Assembly: GCA_964016885.1 (NCBI GenBank)
Contig: OZ024753.1
Location: 11,656,001 to 11,720,000 of the forward strand
Direction of reading: 5' to 3'
DNA from: Eledone cirrhosa
Lineage: Eukaryota
Length of the DNA: 64,000 nucleotides
The notes beneath the pieces were generated by a model. The model did no database searches, was not told the DNA's origin, and saw only the letters and a list, made by a program, of their open reading frames with translations. Every line of letters begins with the position of its first letter. Within the stretch, counting starts at the first letter, position 1. This document shows, piece by piece, positions 14,401 to 27,609 of the stretch. The translations under genes were made by a program, and so were the position numbers.

Positions 14401-16657
14401 TTGAATAATATTGACACTACGTCTGATACCTTATATGCAATAACCTTAAGGTGCCGATGGCGTGGAGTGTTTACTTCTGTTTACACCCAAGTCGGCCGAT
14501 TACTTGATCAACTAATGTTTCTTAGTTGGAATAATAAATATATATATTTTATAGATCTAATTAAAAAAATGCAACTGTACGTGTGTGTACGTGTGTGTGT
14601 GTACGTGTGTGTGTGTGTACGTGTGTGTGTGTGTACGTGTGTGTGTCCGCGTGTGTGTGTACGTGTGCGTGTGTGTGTGTGTCACGGTTTCAATCGGGGG
14701 AAAACCACAGTAAGTAAGTTATTCAATACATAACAGAGAATAAATAGTTAATATACATGATTTCCTTCGAATGAAACAGTTCTAGTCCTGTAGATGCCAT
14801 TTCTATATTTAAAATATATATATATATATATCGATGTTTACATTTTCGTTTGTGCCAGTGATTATACCCTGTAACGAAGTGATTCTATAAAAAAGAATCG
14901 ATGTAATATTTACTTGGGTCTAGCTGGTGGACAAAATGAAGGGGATGTCCCAGCATGACCATACCCTGATGACTGAAACTGGCTATATAATAAAAGAATA
15001 AAGTAATGTATGAATATATGACAGACGAGTAACTGCACTCACGGGAATAATAATAATATACCGTGTTCCTTTATTTCGAGGAAAGGTTATCAATATCACT
15101 TTGTAGTGGGTGTGTTTTGATGAGCGAGGTTTCGCCTTTCATCGGGATTCGATGCTCGAAAAGTTACGATCGGCTGCAACTATATTAACTATAACTATCA
15201 CCTTTCAGATCAATATTTCTCAAAGAACGTAGTTTCTTTCAGATGTGCTTTTTTATTATTATTTTTATTTTCTCTGCGAGATTGGCCTTTGGCTAAGAAA
15301 AGTTTGGTGTAAAACGTCAAATGTTTATTAAAGCTTTTTTTTTGTACATGTCTCTCGTGCGACTGTAACGAAGCCGACAGATCTTGTTGAAGAGTTCATG
15401 AAAATTACATCTAACGCACATCATATATCGATTTGTGGAATTTCAATAATCTCATGATTGCAGCAGCTGTGCATTGACTTTTGATGCAATCACTTCTTTT
15501 AAAAAGAGTTTTATAATAGCATGAATGACTTTAGCCTGCAGCGTGCTCAGAGAAATTTAAAGCCTTTCTTAAGGAGAGAGATTATCGATGGCAAAGCTAG
15601 ATAGCGGGTAATAATTGTGTGGATAATGAAACTAGAGACGGGGTTTTAATACTATCACCTGACAATAGTTCCGGCGGTTTATAGGGATCCATTTCCGATT
15701 TTAATTGCCGATTGTTTTGTAGTTTTCCGATTGTATTTCTTAATATCACAGCAAAAAAATTTCGCTCGAAAGCATGTAACTCTCCTAGTGTCACGATGAC
15801 CAAATAACATTTATTATCAGTAGGGGGGTCTGACGTCATGCGTTGCAGCAAAGAGTAATGGCCCTTTATGGTCTGAGTTCAAATCCCGCCGAGGTCGATA
15901 AAGTAAACTGATGCTATTGTTACAAGTTTTAACAAATGTATCCATAACTAGACCACCCGTGACCCGTTGGCTCACATTCGCTTCAAAATATAAAAAAAAA
16001 AAAAAACATGTTCACTTAAAAATAATTTTTAAATAATTAAAAATATACACAGGCATGTATATAATGTGAAACGAAACTGGAAGGCCCATATATATATATA
16101 TATGTGTATATATGTGTGTTTATGTGCGTATACATGTGTGTGTGTGTGGGGGGCGTCTGATCTATATACACTGGTTATATATATATATACACACTCACAT
16201 ATATACACAATACCACCAGCTCTCCCCCTCTCTCTCTCTCTCTTCCATTCTCTCTTTCAATCTACTTTCTCACAACCACTATCTCTTTATTTCTATCTCT
16301 CTCTTTATCTCTCAATCTCTCTCTCTATTTATGAAGGTACTCGGAAAAACCCCATATCTCAGGAACCCGTGCTCCGATTCGCGCAAAACTATTTTATTCC
16401 ATTTGTATTTCCATTTCAGGATCAAATTCCTTTCAAAGTATTTCCGATTATGGGCCATTTTGCCTGTATTACATTGCAAGCATGCAAGCAACTAATCACA
16501 AAGTTTTAGTAGTATATAGATGACACGTAAAACTCCCGGTATTCATCTGATTTTCCTTCAATTTAGTCGGAGTTTATAAACCAAAGCATTAGCCTTTCTC
16601 TGTGATCAACTCTTTCTTTCTTTCTTTCTACCACTATTTCTCTCAGGAAGAGATAAG

Positions 16658-16726
16658 CTATGACGAGACATGGAGATGGATTTCACCAGGTTTAATATAC
16701 CCGAATCGTTCGTTATGGCACTGTTC
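16658..16726 (-). CDS. Candidate terminal coding exon of an unidentified host gene (EQCHNERFGYIKPGEIHLHVSS*)
   Basis: Pyrimidine tract + TAG acceptor (ttttcgtcttatag). Phase 0 is compatible with the donor at 17054. Stop TAG at 16658-16660. Confidence 0.5.
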   Translation of the reverse strand, partial: EQCHNERFGYIKPGEIHLHVSS

Positions 16727-17054
16727 CTATAAGACGAAAACGTCGCGAAAAAGAAAATCAAGTTATCAATTTTTGCTAAAACCCTTAAACGAATATATTT
16801 CAAGGCAGCATAAACGCCGATGTTTTACCCGTTTCAAATGACATCTAAATCTCCATCAAATCCCATCACATAATATTTAACAAATAATATATACAACACT
16901 CTCTGAAAACAAAAAGGATGTGACGAGCAATGTTTGATCTTGGATTAGAAAACTACAGCATCAATAACAGCATTTACTACTCCAAGAAATAGCAGCCCCT
17001 AAAATCGCTTCATACCTAAATATAAAATTAAAGTGAATTCAAAACTCTACTTAC

Positions 17055-17206
17055 ATGAAGCCTGCCTAAATATATACTGAACATCTCTGTCACATCTTTA
17101 AATATTAGTCTTTCCTTGATTAGACTTCCAAGATAGTATGGTACCGTTTGTGCCCTTTTTTTCTCGTTCTCATCCTGCCAGAATCCCCACTCGTTGTGTG
17201 GCCAGA
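17055..17206 (-). CDS. Candidate internal exon (WPHNEWGFWQDENEKKRAQTVPYYLGSLIKERLIFKDVTEMFSIYLGRLH)
   Basis: Long polypyrimidine tract then AG, a perfect GTAAGT donor, and only one of three frames open. Confidence 0.6.
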
Positions 17207-17515
17207 CTAATTTCATCGTGAGAAAAGATGAGAGGAAGAGAGAAAACAGAAAAAAGGGAAAAAGAAGCAACGACTCTAGTATTGAACTTGTGTCGTTATC
17301 GATTATGAAAGAATGAAAACCAAAGTTGATCTAAACAGGATGTGATTCTTAAACGTATAGCTACGGACCCAAAACCGTAAAATGATTCTCTCTAATACTT
17401 TAAATGCTCTGCTGCCAATGCGTGCTTTGAATTTAAATCGAACCATAACCCAATAAAAAAAATACACCCTCAATGTAACTGATAGCCGTTCAAAGTAGAA
17501 AGTCAATGATATTGA

Positions 17516-17811
17516 AAGTCGTATAAATAACCAATAAGCATATAAAACAAAAACTACCAGAGCAGAGCTAGGTATAGTAACACAATGCACTCAAATCTTA
17601 CCATATTGTGATTTAAAAATAATATATATATATATATTTCTCTAATATGACGAGTGTGTTTAACTCCAACGCACTCAAGTATTTTAATCTTATATATATA
17701 TATATTATTTTTAAATGACAATATGGTAAGATTTGAGTGCGTTTTGTTACTATACCTAGCTCTGCTCTGGTAGTTTTTGTTTTATATGCTTATTGGTTAT
17801 TTATACGACTT
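17516..17811. mobile_element. Fold-back element, ~115-bp arms around a TA-rich spacer
   Basis: 17516-17630 is the reverse complement of about 17697-17811 with few mismatches. Confidence 0.75.
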
Positions 17812-17828
17812 ATATGTGTATGTGTATG

Positions 17829-17859
<31 letters not shown>

Positions 17860-17960
17860 ACTTACGGTAAACATTGATGCAATTACATTCAAGCACTCGG
17901 TGTACTTTTTCCACAAAGGAATGACGGAGTATATTTGTATATTTAGAATAAGAAAATGTG

Positions 17961-18312
17961 TAGTTGCAGATGTCCTTTATTGATAAAGCTGTAATACATA
18001 TTTCAATGACGACAGTGGCCATGCGATTCCAAGCAACCAGTGCCATGATTTAATCAGACAGGTTCATTACATAATAAGATTATGTTCTCGAGGCAATAAA
18101 AACTAAAACGGCAAGGGAAGGTACGACGGCTTTAAAAACATTTTTGTCCGTTCCCTTGTCGTTTTAGTTTTGATTGCCTCGAGAACGTAACCGTATTATG
18201 TAATGAAGCTGTCTGATGAGATCATGGCACTGGGTACGCGGAAACGCGTGGCCACTGTCGTCTTTGAAATATGTATCTCAGCCCTAATAAAGGTCTTTAA
18301 CATCTGCAACTA
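17961..18312. mobile_element. Diverged fold-back element with a hammerhead motif in each arm
   Basis: Termini TAGTTGCAGATGT/ACATCTGCAACTA; arms ~155 bp. Confidence 0.8.
18206..18284 (+). ncRNA. Type-I hammerhead ribozyme with extended stem II
   Basis: aagctgt-CTGATGA-[long stem capped by TACGCG-GAAA-CGCGTG]-GAAA-TATGTA-TC-tcagc. The opposite arm has a perfect stem I (ACAGCTT) but a mutated core. Confidence 0.65.
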
Positions 18313-18410
18313 CTTTGCATTCTCTTTCTCTCTGTATATATTATATATATAAATATATATATATATATACATATATACATATGTATATATATATATTTAT
18401 AAACACATGT

Positions 18411-18594
18411 GTGGTACCATACCAGGTGGACCATAACCCACCAGAATACTCGATACTTAGTTTAGTTAAGTGGGTAAAAGGAAAAGAGTCAGGACCTCCG
18501 ATGGCTGAGCTCCGGCCGTTTCGCCAGTTAGATCCGAACGTTCGGATCTAGCTGTCGAAATGGCCGGAGCTCAGCCGGAGGTCCTGACTCTTTT

Positions 18595-18598
<4 letters not shown>
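18411..18598 (+). mobile_element. Family A short hairpin-ended element (other copies 30757-30838, 36862-37025, 37821-37960, 49381-49583, 60200-60250, 60641-60780, 63074-63199, 63727-63922)
   Basis: Shared GGACCATAACGCACCAGAGTACTCAATACTTAGGG...CCGACGGCNGAGCTCAAGCCGTTTCGAC, terminal fold-backs, nearly always next to (TA)n. Confidence 0.85.
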
Positions 18599-18650
<52 letters not shown>

Positions 18651-19182
18651 AACGAAAAAAAATGAATGAAATGAAAAGCTGGGTGGGGATGAGGGCTTCT
18701 GGTTATAAGTCAGTTTGGGTAAGGTTAATGTTGTTAAAAATGTGTCACTTTGGATAATGTGGTCCAAGGTTAGGAACTAAACAGAAATAACAAGAAACCA
18801 ATACATTCTTTGGTTGTTATCTGCCGAACACTGAATCCTGTCAAACTCAGTTTTCTTTATAAAACACAATTCAGATTTGATTATAGTCAGTTAGGAATCT
18901 AAAATATACAGATACACATTCACATGGACACATAAACACACACAGATGCACATGAACACAAACACACACACACACACACACATGAATATATAAACACACA
19001 CACACATAAACACACCCACACCAACACAAACACACATATTCGCATGATCAATTAAACACACATACATAAATGCAGATCAACACAAATACACATACGCACA
19101 TGAACATATAAACACACACATGAACATATAAACACACACATGAACATATAAACACACACACGCACACACATGAACATAGAAA

Positions 19183-19220
<38 letters not shown>

Positions 19221-20654
19221 AACACACACACACATTCACATGATCAATTAAACACACACACATACATGCAGATCAACACAAACACACGCACATAAACACA
19301 AAAAAACACACACACACACGAACAGATATAGATTAACATACATGAGCGCGCATACACACACACGAACGATCGACAAAGACACACACAAAAAAAACTCAAA
19401 CAGACAGAAACCACATACACACACATACATATACCCCCCACACCCACCCCTCAACACACACAGGCACAAACACATGCACGAAGAATGAAACAGGTACACA
19501 AAATACATACATAGATACAAGCATACATAGATACAAACTCATCTGCACACACATATATATACACATCATATATACAACACACATTCTCTCCCATCGTTTT
19601 CGTCATGTCTGCGTTCCACTCAATGTTTGCATAATTATTTCCGCCTCTATATAAATCTCCTCTTTTCTCTATTTTGTAACTTTCTCATATTATCTCTTTC
19701 AAGATATCTTTAGCTCTCGTTCTCTCTCGTTTGTTCCCTCTGTCTGTGATTCAGTCTCAAATGCTGGCTTTCTAGATCTCGTTTCAAGGTCTTGTTAGTT
19801 TTCTAGATACGGCATTTATTCTTATTTTATTGCAACTGTTCATAACATTGTTATGCAAGATTTGATACTATCAAATTAAATTTTAACTCATTCCACCGTT
19901 TGTCATAACACTTGGCTTGTTCTTTATTTTTATTATTAATATTATCAGCATTTTCCTCGACGTGCGAAATTGAATTTATCACCTGTGAAACAGTAATAGT
20001 AATTTATTTAGTTACTTTTCTCTGCTTAGCTTTTCTTGTACTTCGATCTATTTGGTTTTATTCTGCACATATTTTGCTTCTCATACTTCTCTGTTGTGTT
20101 ATAACATTTAAATAAGTCTTATCTGGGTATTACGAGTGTGATCTCAATGGAAATTTTCTCTTCGACGAGAACAAAAAAAATATTATATTAACGCAAGCGA
20201 TTTCTTCGCATCAAATTAAGTTGACTGTTAAAGATAAAAATAGAGGAATGTAAAAATCAATACAATCACCCATTATATATGTAATGCGTGAGGACGTATA
20301 TATTTCTATTTTGTTCTTTTGATGTTGGTTTAGTCTACCTGTCTGAGGTGAGGTGAGCTGTAAATCGTGGTGAAGGCAACTAACCTAGAGGTGAAGGCAA
20401 CTAACCTGGAGATGGAGGACTCTTATGAGAAAAACCTGAAGTAAGATATACCTTTGGGTTTGAGGAAACTATTTGCTACACGATTCTGATATCAACTTTT
20501 CTAAAACGTGTCGCTTATATTACACTAGACCTCGTTACTGAAATTGAAAAATCTGTGTAGGTCAGCGTTTCTCTAAACCTTTTACCCGTGAAATAGTTTT
20601 CATGTCTCAGGAACCCATATTAAAAATTATTATATACCATTATTAATATCTGAA

Positions 20655-20834
20655 GGATTGGCAGTATTAGTAGAGGGTTGGACGTCATGCTTTGCAGCAT
20701 AGAGCTATAGTAGTGTTCAAATAGCATAGAGTTCAAATCCTGCCGGTGTTAGCTTTGCTTTTCATCCTTACAGGGTCGATAAAATAAAGTTACAGTGCTG
20801 GGTAATTGCTAGCCTTGTGCCAAAAGTAGAAACA
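20655..20834 (+). mobile_element. tRNA-derived SINE with 16-bp TSD ATTATTAATATCTGAA
   Basis: TSD at 20639-20654 and 20835-20850; A and B boxes present. Confidence 0.9.
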
Positions 20835-20856
20835 ATTATTAATATCTGAATGCCTA

Positions 20857-21025
20857 CCGTATCTCCCGGCGTCGTAGACGCTACTTTCTTCGTAAAATAA
20901 GTCTAAAAAAATCTACCATGCGTCCTGGAGGCCGAAGGATGTTTATTATTTTTTTTCAAATATTTGGTTGTGAAAATTAGGGTGCGTACTGAAGAATGAA
21001 GCGTCTTTGGTGCCGGGAAACACGG
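20857..21025. mobile_element. Tc1/mariner-pogo type MITE with TA TSD
   Basis: TA-CCGTATCTCCCGGC ... GCCGGGAAACACGG-TA. Confidence 0.8.
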
Positions 21026-21557
21026 TATTTATCGCTTATTCTCGTGGAACACCTATTGAGTAATTGCAGAATCCAAGGGTTCCGGGGAACAACCGTTGAA
21101 AAAATCTAGTGTAGGTGGTCTAACTGTTATTTTATTAGTCCTAAAATCTCATCGCTATTCATCATTTCTCAAAAAACAAACATATCCATTCGCGAAAGAT
21201 CTATGACAACAAGTGGATACATATAATATATTACTGCCACACCCTATATAAAGCTCTACTCAATAACAACTACAGAGTAAGAGTCGTTCTTGGACACAAC
21301 ATAAAAATTATGCTGTATATGTCCTGAAATGTCACCAAAGTAGTTGGTGTTATATACAGCACTGTTTCCCTATACCTGGAAGAGATCCACAAATGAAAAC
21401 AAACATTACTTGCCAATATCTCAAGCCTGACACACGCTTTCAACATACATTAGCGACAGAGAGTCACAAATGGAGAACTATCTGGATATGTTTTGCAACA
21501 ACGTATCTTGTTATGTTATGTGCTGACACGGCAGGAAATTTAACGGATCTTGGTGTA

Positions 21558-21750
21558 ATAATTGTTTCTACCTTTGACACAAGGCCAGCAAATACCATTA
21601 TATTACTGGTACTTTATTTTATCGACCCCGTAAGGATGAAAAGCAAAGTTAACCTCGGCGGGATTTGAACTCACATCATAAAGGGCCATATCTCCATGCT
21701 GCAAAGCATGTGGTCCGACCCTCTACCGATAAAGCCAATCTACCGCTCTT
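21558..21750 (-). mobile_element. tRNA-derived SINE copy
   Basis: Matches the family consensus. Confidence 0.9.
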
Positions 21751-22899
21751 GGAGTAATAATGCTAGATTGAAACAAATGGAAATAGTACTGTTCAGTGCA
21801 TTGAGGAAACTGGACTGGTGATATGGTCAGTCAGTACGAATTAGGATTGTTGTAGACAATACGTAATTTTGTTTAGAGATTTCATCATGGGTTACGTTAA
21901 ATATAGATATTTCCATTACCACAAACGTTTGCATTGAGGCAATTTGTTGGGCTCTGTATAGTCTCTCTATTTGCGGATATGGTTTATTATGAGCCGCCTG
22001 AAGTGAGAAAACTCCCTCCAGTATTTTTTAAACCGAATTATATATAGATATGATTGCTAAGAATTATAGAGTATCCGATATATTCTAATAAAACAGATTT
22101 AATTATGAGAATGACGTCTACTTCTAGAATATGTGGAGGTGACGATAGATGTTTCACTATTTCGATCCGTCTAGGTGTTATTATTTCTCAATTTAATAAT
22201 CGCTATAATCTCATTGATCATGTTACATATATTCCATATATATTCGTTATTTATATTCTACCAAAATCTCTTTCTGTCTCTTTCCATCTCACCTCTACTT
22301 TCGCTCTCTCTCTCGCTCAATCTTCCTCTACCACTGTCTTCAGATTGAGGGTTAACTGTATGAAGTCTGTCATACGTCACTAATTAATAAAGGTGAGTTA
22401 AAAGAGTTAGAATGTTGTATGCAAACTTATCTCTTACTAACTTAGTGAATTATGACACAGGCGTTAATACTTATATGAAAAATATAAATGGCTTATTGAT
22501 TTCTGATATAACCATCGATAGATAAATCTATAGGTTATGCGTACAAACATATAATTTTGGTGCAAATGAAAATAAATCACATAATCTTGTAATATGCTGC
22601 GAATATATTAAAAGTCATAAAATATCTTAAACTTTAAACAAGTATGGGGTTGCATCCTGCACAAACAAGCAATTCATCCTCGTCGCATACAACGATGATT
22701 GTTCCAGTTGTTCACATTAAGAAATACAACCTGCTTTTTGAGGTAATATGTTAGTTGATTAGTATCTCACAGACACGTGTACTCTTCAGGGAATTCTCGA
22801 GCGAAATAAAGGTGACGCATTCTACGACAACGTAACACGTTTCAGATAAAAATACAAACAGTCTATTGGTCATGCATGAGATTTTGCGTTTGTTTCGCC

Positions 22900-23160
22900 C
22901 AGGGTGGGATATAGATTGTAGGGGACCCGAGGCATGACAGATTTGGGACCCTCATACACAAAAATTTAGAATACAGAGCAAACATTTCCCCAAGTATTAC
23001 ATATCAAAGTTAGCTTGGTGCACGTAATTGGAATTGAAAAGTTATACATGCAGGTATCACATTCAAAATTTCTAACCATCCTAAGACAGAAAAGCCCAGT
23101 TGAGGGCAAAATAAATTGATACTGCCGTCACTGGAGGGTCCTCCATTCAATCCGGCCCTG
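22900..23160. mobile_element. hAT-type MITE with 8-bp TSD (GTTTCGCC/GTTTCACC)
   Basis: Termini CAGGGTGGGAT.../...AATCCGGCCCTG; the TSD has one mismatch. Confidence 0.65.
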
Positions 23161-23277
23161 GTTTCACCCATATTATCCTTCATCAAGCACTCCTATGACC
23201 AAACTCGTTGCAGGATGGGTTCATCTTACATTTTGTTAATCCAGGACTACATTCTTGAATATGTCCGCCCCATTTCA

Positions 23278-23450
23278 ATAAGATACTGTGTGATTTGAAT
23301 GCTATTTCACTGCAGTCTTCACACAACCCCGTCTCCACGAAGTGCCGGTCTCGTTTATTTCATAATAAGATACTGTGTGATTTGAATGCTATTTCACTGC
23401 AGTCTTCACACAACCCCGTCTCCACGAAGTGCCGGTCTCGTTTATTTCAT
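23278..23450. repeat. Near-exact ~87-bp tandem duplication
   Basis: AATAAGATACTGTGTG...TTTATTTCAT occurs twice. Confidence 0.92.
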
Positions 23451-24494
23451 TTAGTGATGTTTTTGTTTCTAAATTTATGTAAATAAATAGGCTTAGATGG
23501 AACAAATATTTTGTCTGTATCGATAAGGGTGAATCTGTATATATGTGTCGCTCTATATGTATGTACTTGAATTTGACTGTGTGTATGTGTCTATGTGTGT
23601 AAGTGTGCGCATGTGTGTATCTCTGTGTGTGTGTGTGTGTATGTCAATGTGTTTTTGTGCATGTAATATTACGTGGAAGATACTAACATATATGTTAACT
23701 AAACATTAGAGAAAACTTCAAAACTAATAAAGAATAAATAAATATAAAACTTCACTTCGTCTGCAGAATTTTACAACAATGAATTTTTGTGACAGGTATT
23801 GATTGGAAATCGATTTGAGACAGACTAAAGGGGGAGATAATAAAGGAGAAGACAGGAGAGATTGAAAAGTAAAAATATAAATGAAGGAGAATATAAAGCT
23901 AGAAACTATGTAATGCGTTTAAAGATGGAGAGCATAGGAAAACCAGAAAATACTAAATATTTCAAGGTACGCACGATAATGTATATAATTCAAAGTCATA
24001 AAAATGGCGTAGGCATTACAATACAACTAGTGGAAGCATAATAATACCACTAATGATGTCACCGATGTGTGACGAAAGTATTTTGATCGAGTATATATAT
24101 ATATATATGTTTATATCTGTATTTTTAACCGTTGGTCAATCAATGATACACATTGATTGCCAAATAAATTAACTATCGAGACATAAAAGATAAACAAGCG
24201 AAAACCAACCGAAACCAAACAGCGACTGTATTCTGTTATTATTTCTGGCAATATTATAACAATATATATATATTGTTATACTTTGGGAGGGTCATGTTGC
24301 CAATAAGAAACAAATTCAGAAACGAAATATATATATATATATATATATATAAGTAGAAGGGGGTATTTAATTTGTTGGAAATCCTACACACATAAATATA
24401 AATGTTTATAAAGATTTAGAGCACTCAACAGCTACCTGGAGTAAATATTCAATAATATTAAATAAATGGAAACTATATTTATAAAACCATTATT

Positions 24495-24557
24495 TATTTT
24501 ATTATATATATTTCAAGGGTACCAAAACACTTTGGTACCCTCTCTTCAGATAAAATA
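24495..24557 (-). ncRNA. Type-I hammerhead ribozyme, family C, fully intact
   Basis: TATTTTAT-CTGAAGA-G-AGGGTACCAAA-gtgt-TTTGGTACCCT-T-GAAA-TATATA-TA-ATAAAATA: 8-bp stem I, 11-bp stem II, palindromic stem III. Confidence 0.88.
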
Positions 24558-24625
24558 CAAAATTTGTGTTTTATAAATTGAGACATACCCAGGAAAAATC
24601 ATAACTTATCAGTTGGATATTCTCT

Positions 24626-24677
<52 letters not shown>

Positions 24678-24795
24678 ATGTGTTTGTGTCTGTGTGTGTG
24701 TATATATATGTATATATATATATGTATGTATGTTTGAATATAAAGTATATATATATATATGTGTGTGTGTGTGTATATATATAAGTATATATATG

Positions 24796-24828
<33 letters not shown>

Positions 24829-24857
24829 GTGAATATATGTGTACCAATGCATATACA

Positions 24858-24950
24858 TACGAGAGTCGGCTGAAAAGTTCATAGGCTGCCTATGAAGGAA
24901 TGATGCTAGGGGTATTAAATCTTGCATGCATTAATGTCGACTCTTCTTAA
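24858..24950. mobile_element. Probable mariner-like terminal fragment
   Basis: TA-CGAGAGTCGGCTGAAAAGTTC resembles a mariner TIR start. No second end was seen. Confidence 0.35.
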
Positions 24951-25371
24951 TAATTGTTTCTACTTTTGGCACAAGGCCAGCAATTATCCCAGTATATATT
25001 TAATACACACACCACACACACACACGCACACACACATATATATATATACACACACACCACATATATACACACACCACACACACACATATATATATTTATT
25101 AAAAAACAGCTCTACGGTTCTTATATATTTGATATATATTTATCCTTATCGAGCCCTCTTTGGATTTTAGTCTTCAAATTTATTATTATTACTATATATA
25201 TATATACACACCATATATACACACACACCACACACACAGATGCCCCCCTCAGCCACACAGACACTGAATTATATACCTGGCAATTAGAACACCAATGTAG
25301 TTTAAAATCAAGAAATATCTGGGTTTTTGCTTTTCATCTTAAATACTAAGATTTTCTATCAAGACAAATAT

Positions 25372-25756
25372 AATTATTTCTACTTTTGGCACAAGGCCAG
25401 CAATTATCCAGTGTATTACTGGTACTTTATTTTATCGACCCTGTAAGGATGAAAGGCAAAGTTAACCTCGGCGGGATTTGAACTGAGAATGGCAAGGGCC
25501 GTAACTCCATGCGTCAAAGCATGGCGTCGGAGCCTCTACCGATACTGCCAATCCACCATAATATAACTGTTTCAACTTTTGGCACAAGAGCAGCAACTAT
25601 CCCAGTGTATTACTGGTACTTTATTTTATCGACTCCGTAAGGATGAAAGGCAAAGTTAACCTCGGCGGGATTTGAATTCAGAATGACAAGGGCCGTAACT
25701 CCATGCGTCAAAGCATGGCGTCCGACCCTCTACCGATACTGCCAATCTACCGCCTC
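25372..25756 (-). mobile_element. Two tandem tRNA-derived SINE copies
   Basis: About 25372-25558 and 25563-25756, both matching the consensus. Confidence 0.9.
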
Positions 25757-26404
25757 AAAACAAATATAATGTACCGTCACACCAATTCTCAGATCTACAT
25801 GAACAGCAATCTACGTCAACAGCAATGAGATGAAGAAAAAAAAAAGTATATTAAATCAAAAATACTGATATAAAAGAAAAAAAATGAAAAAAAAAATGAA
25901 GACAATGAAAAAGAAAAAATGAAAAAGAAAGAATGAAAAGGAAATGAAAAATAAAATGAAAAATAAAAATAAAATGAAAAATAAAATGAAAAAATAAAAT
26001 GAAAAAATAAAATGAAAAATAAAATGAAAAAAAAAAAAAAAAATGAAAAAAAAAATGAAAAAAAAAATGAAGAAAAATGAAAAAAAAAAAATGAAAGAAG
26101 CAAAAATGAAAAATAAAATGAAAGGATAAAATTAATTGCAACGGTAAAACATCTTCTATTGTTAAGAAAAATGTACTTTTGTTTAATTTTTAGAATCTTT
26201 GTATATAGGTTAGAAGTAATTGTCTTTATTACTTCTATAAAAAGATTTCTAAAGGAGATGAATCATAATTACTTAAAAACTGAAATGATAAATGATTAAA
26301 GAATCTTTGCAGGTGTCTTTTGTCAGTATTGGAACTGTAAATAGAGAGAAAGACCAACAGATGAACGTATATATATATATATATATACACACACACATGC
26401 AAAT

Positions 26405-26435
<31 letters not shown>

Positions 26436-26599
26436 CACACACACATACATATAGTAAGAACGATAAGTAAATCAGTCGATCGATAAATAGGACGATGAGA
26501 TGAAAGATTATTTATCCTATACGTCATCTGCGTTGACGTATAACCCCCGTTGATATCTTTGTGAAGGCAACATTAACCTGTCATTACTAATCATTGAGA

Positions 26600-27480
26600 G
26601 TAACAGAGAGGGAGATTGAGAGAGTGAGGGAGAGAGGGAGTGAGGGAGTGAGGGAGAGGGAGAGGGAGAGAGGGGGGATGGGAGATAGGGGGAGGGGATA
26701 GGGGGAGAGTGGGAGAGGGGAAGAGAGGGGGAGAGAGTGAGAGTGAGAGAGAGAGAGTGAGAGTGAGAGAGAGAGAGGGAGAGAGAGATGGTGTGGGGGG
26801 AGAGAGAGGGAGGGGGGAGTGGGATGGGGGGGAGAGGGAGGGAGAGAGAGATAGATGTAGAGGAGGGTTGAGAGGGGGAGAGAGGGAGGGGAGAGAGGGG
26901 GGGTGGAGGGGAGAGGGGGGGGAGAAGGAGAGAGAGGGGTAGAGGAAGGGGTAGGGAGAGGGAGAGAGAGAGGGTAAAGAGAGTGGAGAGAGCTAGGGTA
27001 GAGAGAGAGGGAGAGAGAGAGGGAGAGGGAGATAGAGGGGGAGAGGGATGGGAGGGGGAGAGAGAGGGGACAAAGATGGGGGAGGGGACAAACATGAGGG
27101 AGGCGAGACATATATGGGAGGGGAGTGAGGGGGGAGAATGAGTGAGAGGGGGAGAGAGAGTGAGAGAGAGAGGGGGAGAGAGAAAGAGTGAGAGAGAGAG
27201 AGTGGGAGAGAGAAAGAGTGAGAGAGAGAGACGGGGAGAGAGAAAGAGTGAGAGAGAAAGAGTGAGAGGGAGTGAGAGGGAGAGAGAGGGGGGATAGGGG
27301 GGATAGAGAGAGGGAGGGATAGAGAGAGAGGGGGAGAGAGAGGGGGAGAGAGAGAGGGGGAGAGAGAGGGGAAGAGAGAGGGGAAGAGAGAGCGAGAGAG
27401 GGGAAGAGAGAGCGAGAGAGAGCGAGATGGAAATCATAAAGTGCAAGATGGAAACCGAGAGAGAAAAGGAGAGAGATTGA
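26600..27480. repeat. Polypurine (GA/GGA) low-complexity tract
   Basis: Seen directly. Confidence 0.95.
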
Positions 27481-27609
27481 ACTTAATTTATTTCATTCTA
27501 AAATATTTTATATGACAGAAATATATTGTTCATAAGTCTTACGACAGAAATTGTACTTGATGATATATTAGTATATAAAATTGATTAAGACACGCAGTGT
27601 GTGTGTGTG

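Larger units (their letters stand above)
20563..21108. mobile_element. hAT (Charlie-like) MITE with 8-bp TSD GTGTAGGT, containing a nested SINE and MITE
   Basis: TSD at 20555-20562 and 21109-21116; degenerate TIRs CAGCGTTTCTC.../...GTTGAAAAAATCTA. Confidence 0.7.

Noticed and set aside
23226-23470. Possible minus-strand exon with a GTAAGA donor
   Set aside because: All frames from the only plausible acceptor contain stops.
26517-27446. Ser/Leu/Pro-rich ORFs (also at 40292-41166 and 59630-60334)
   Set aside because: They are translations of polypurine tracts.
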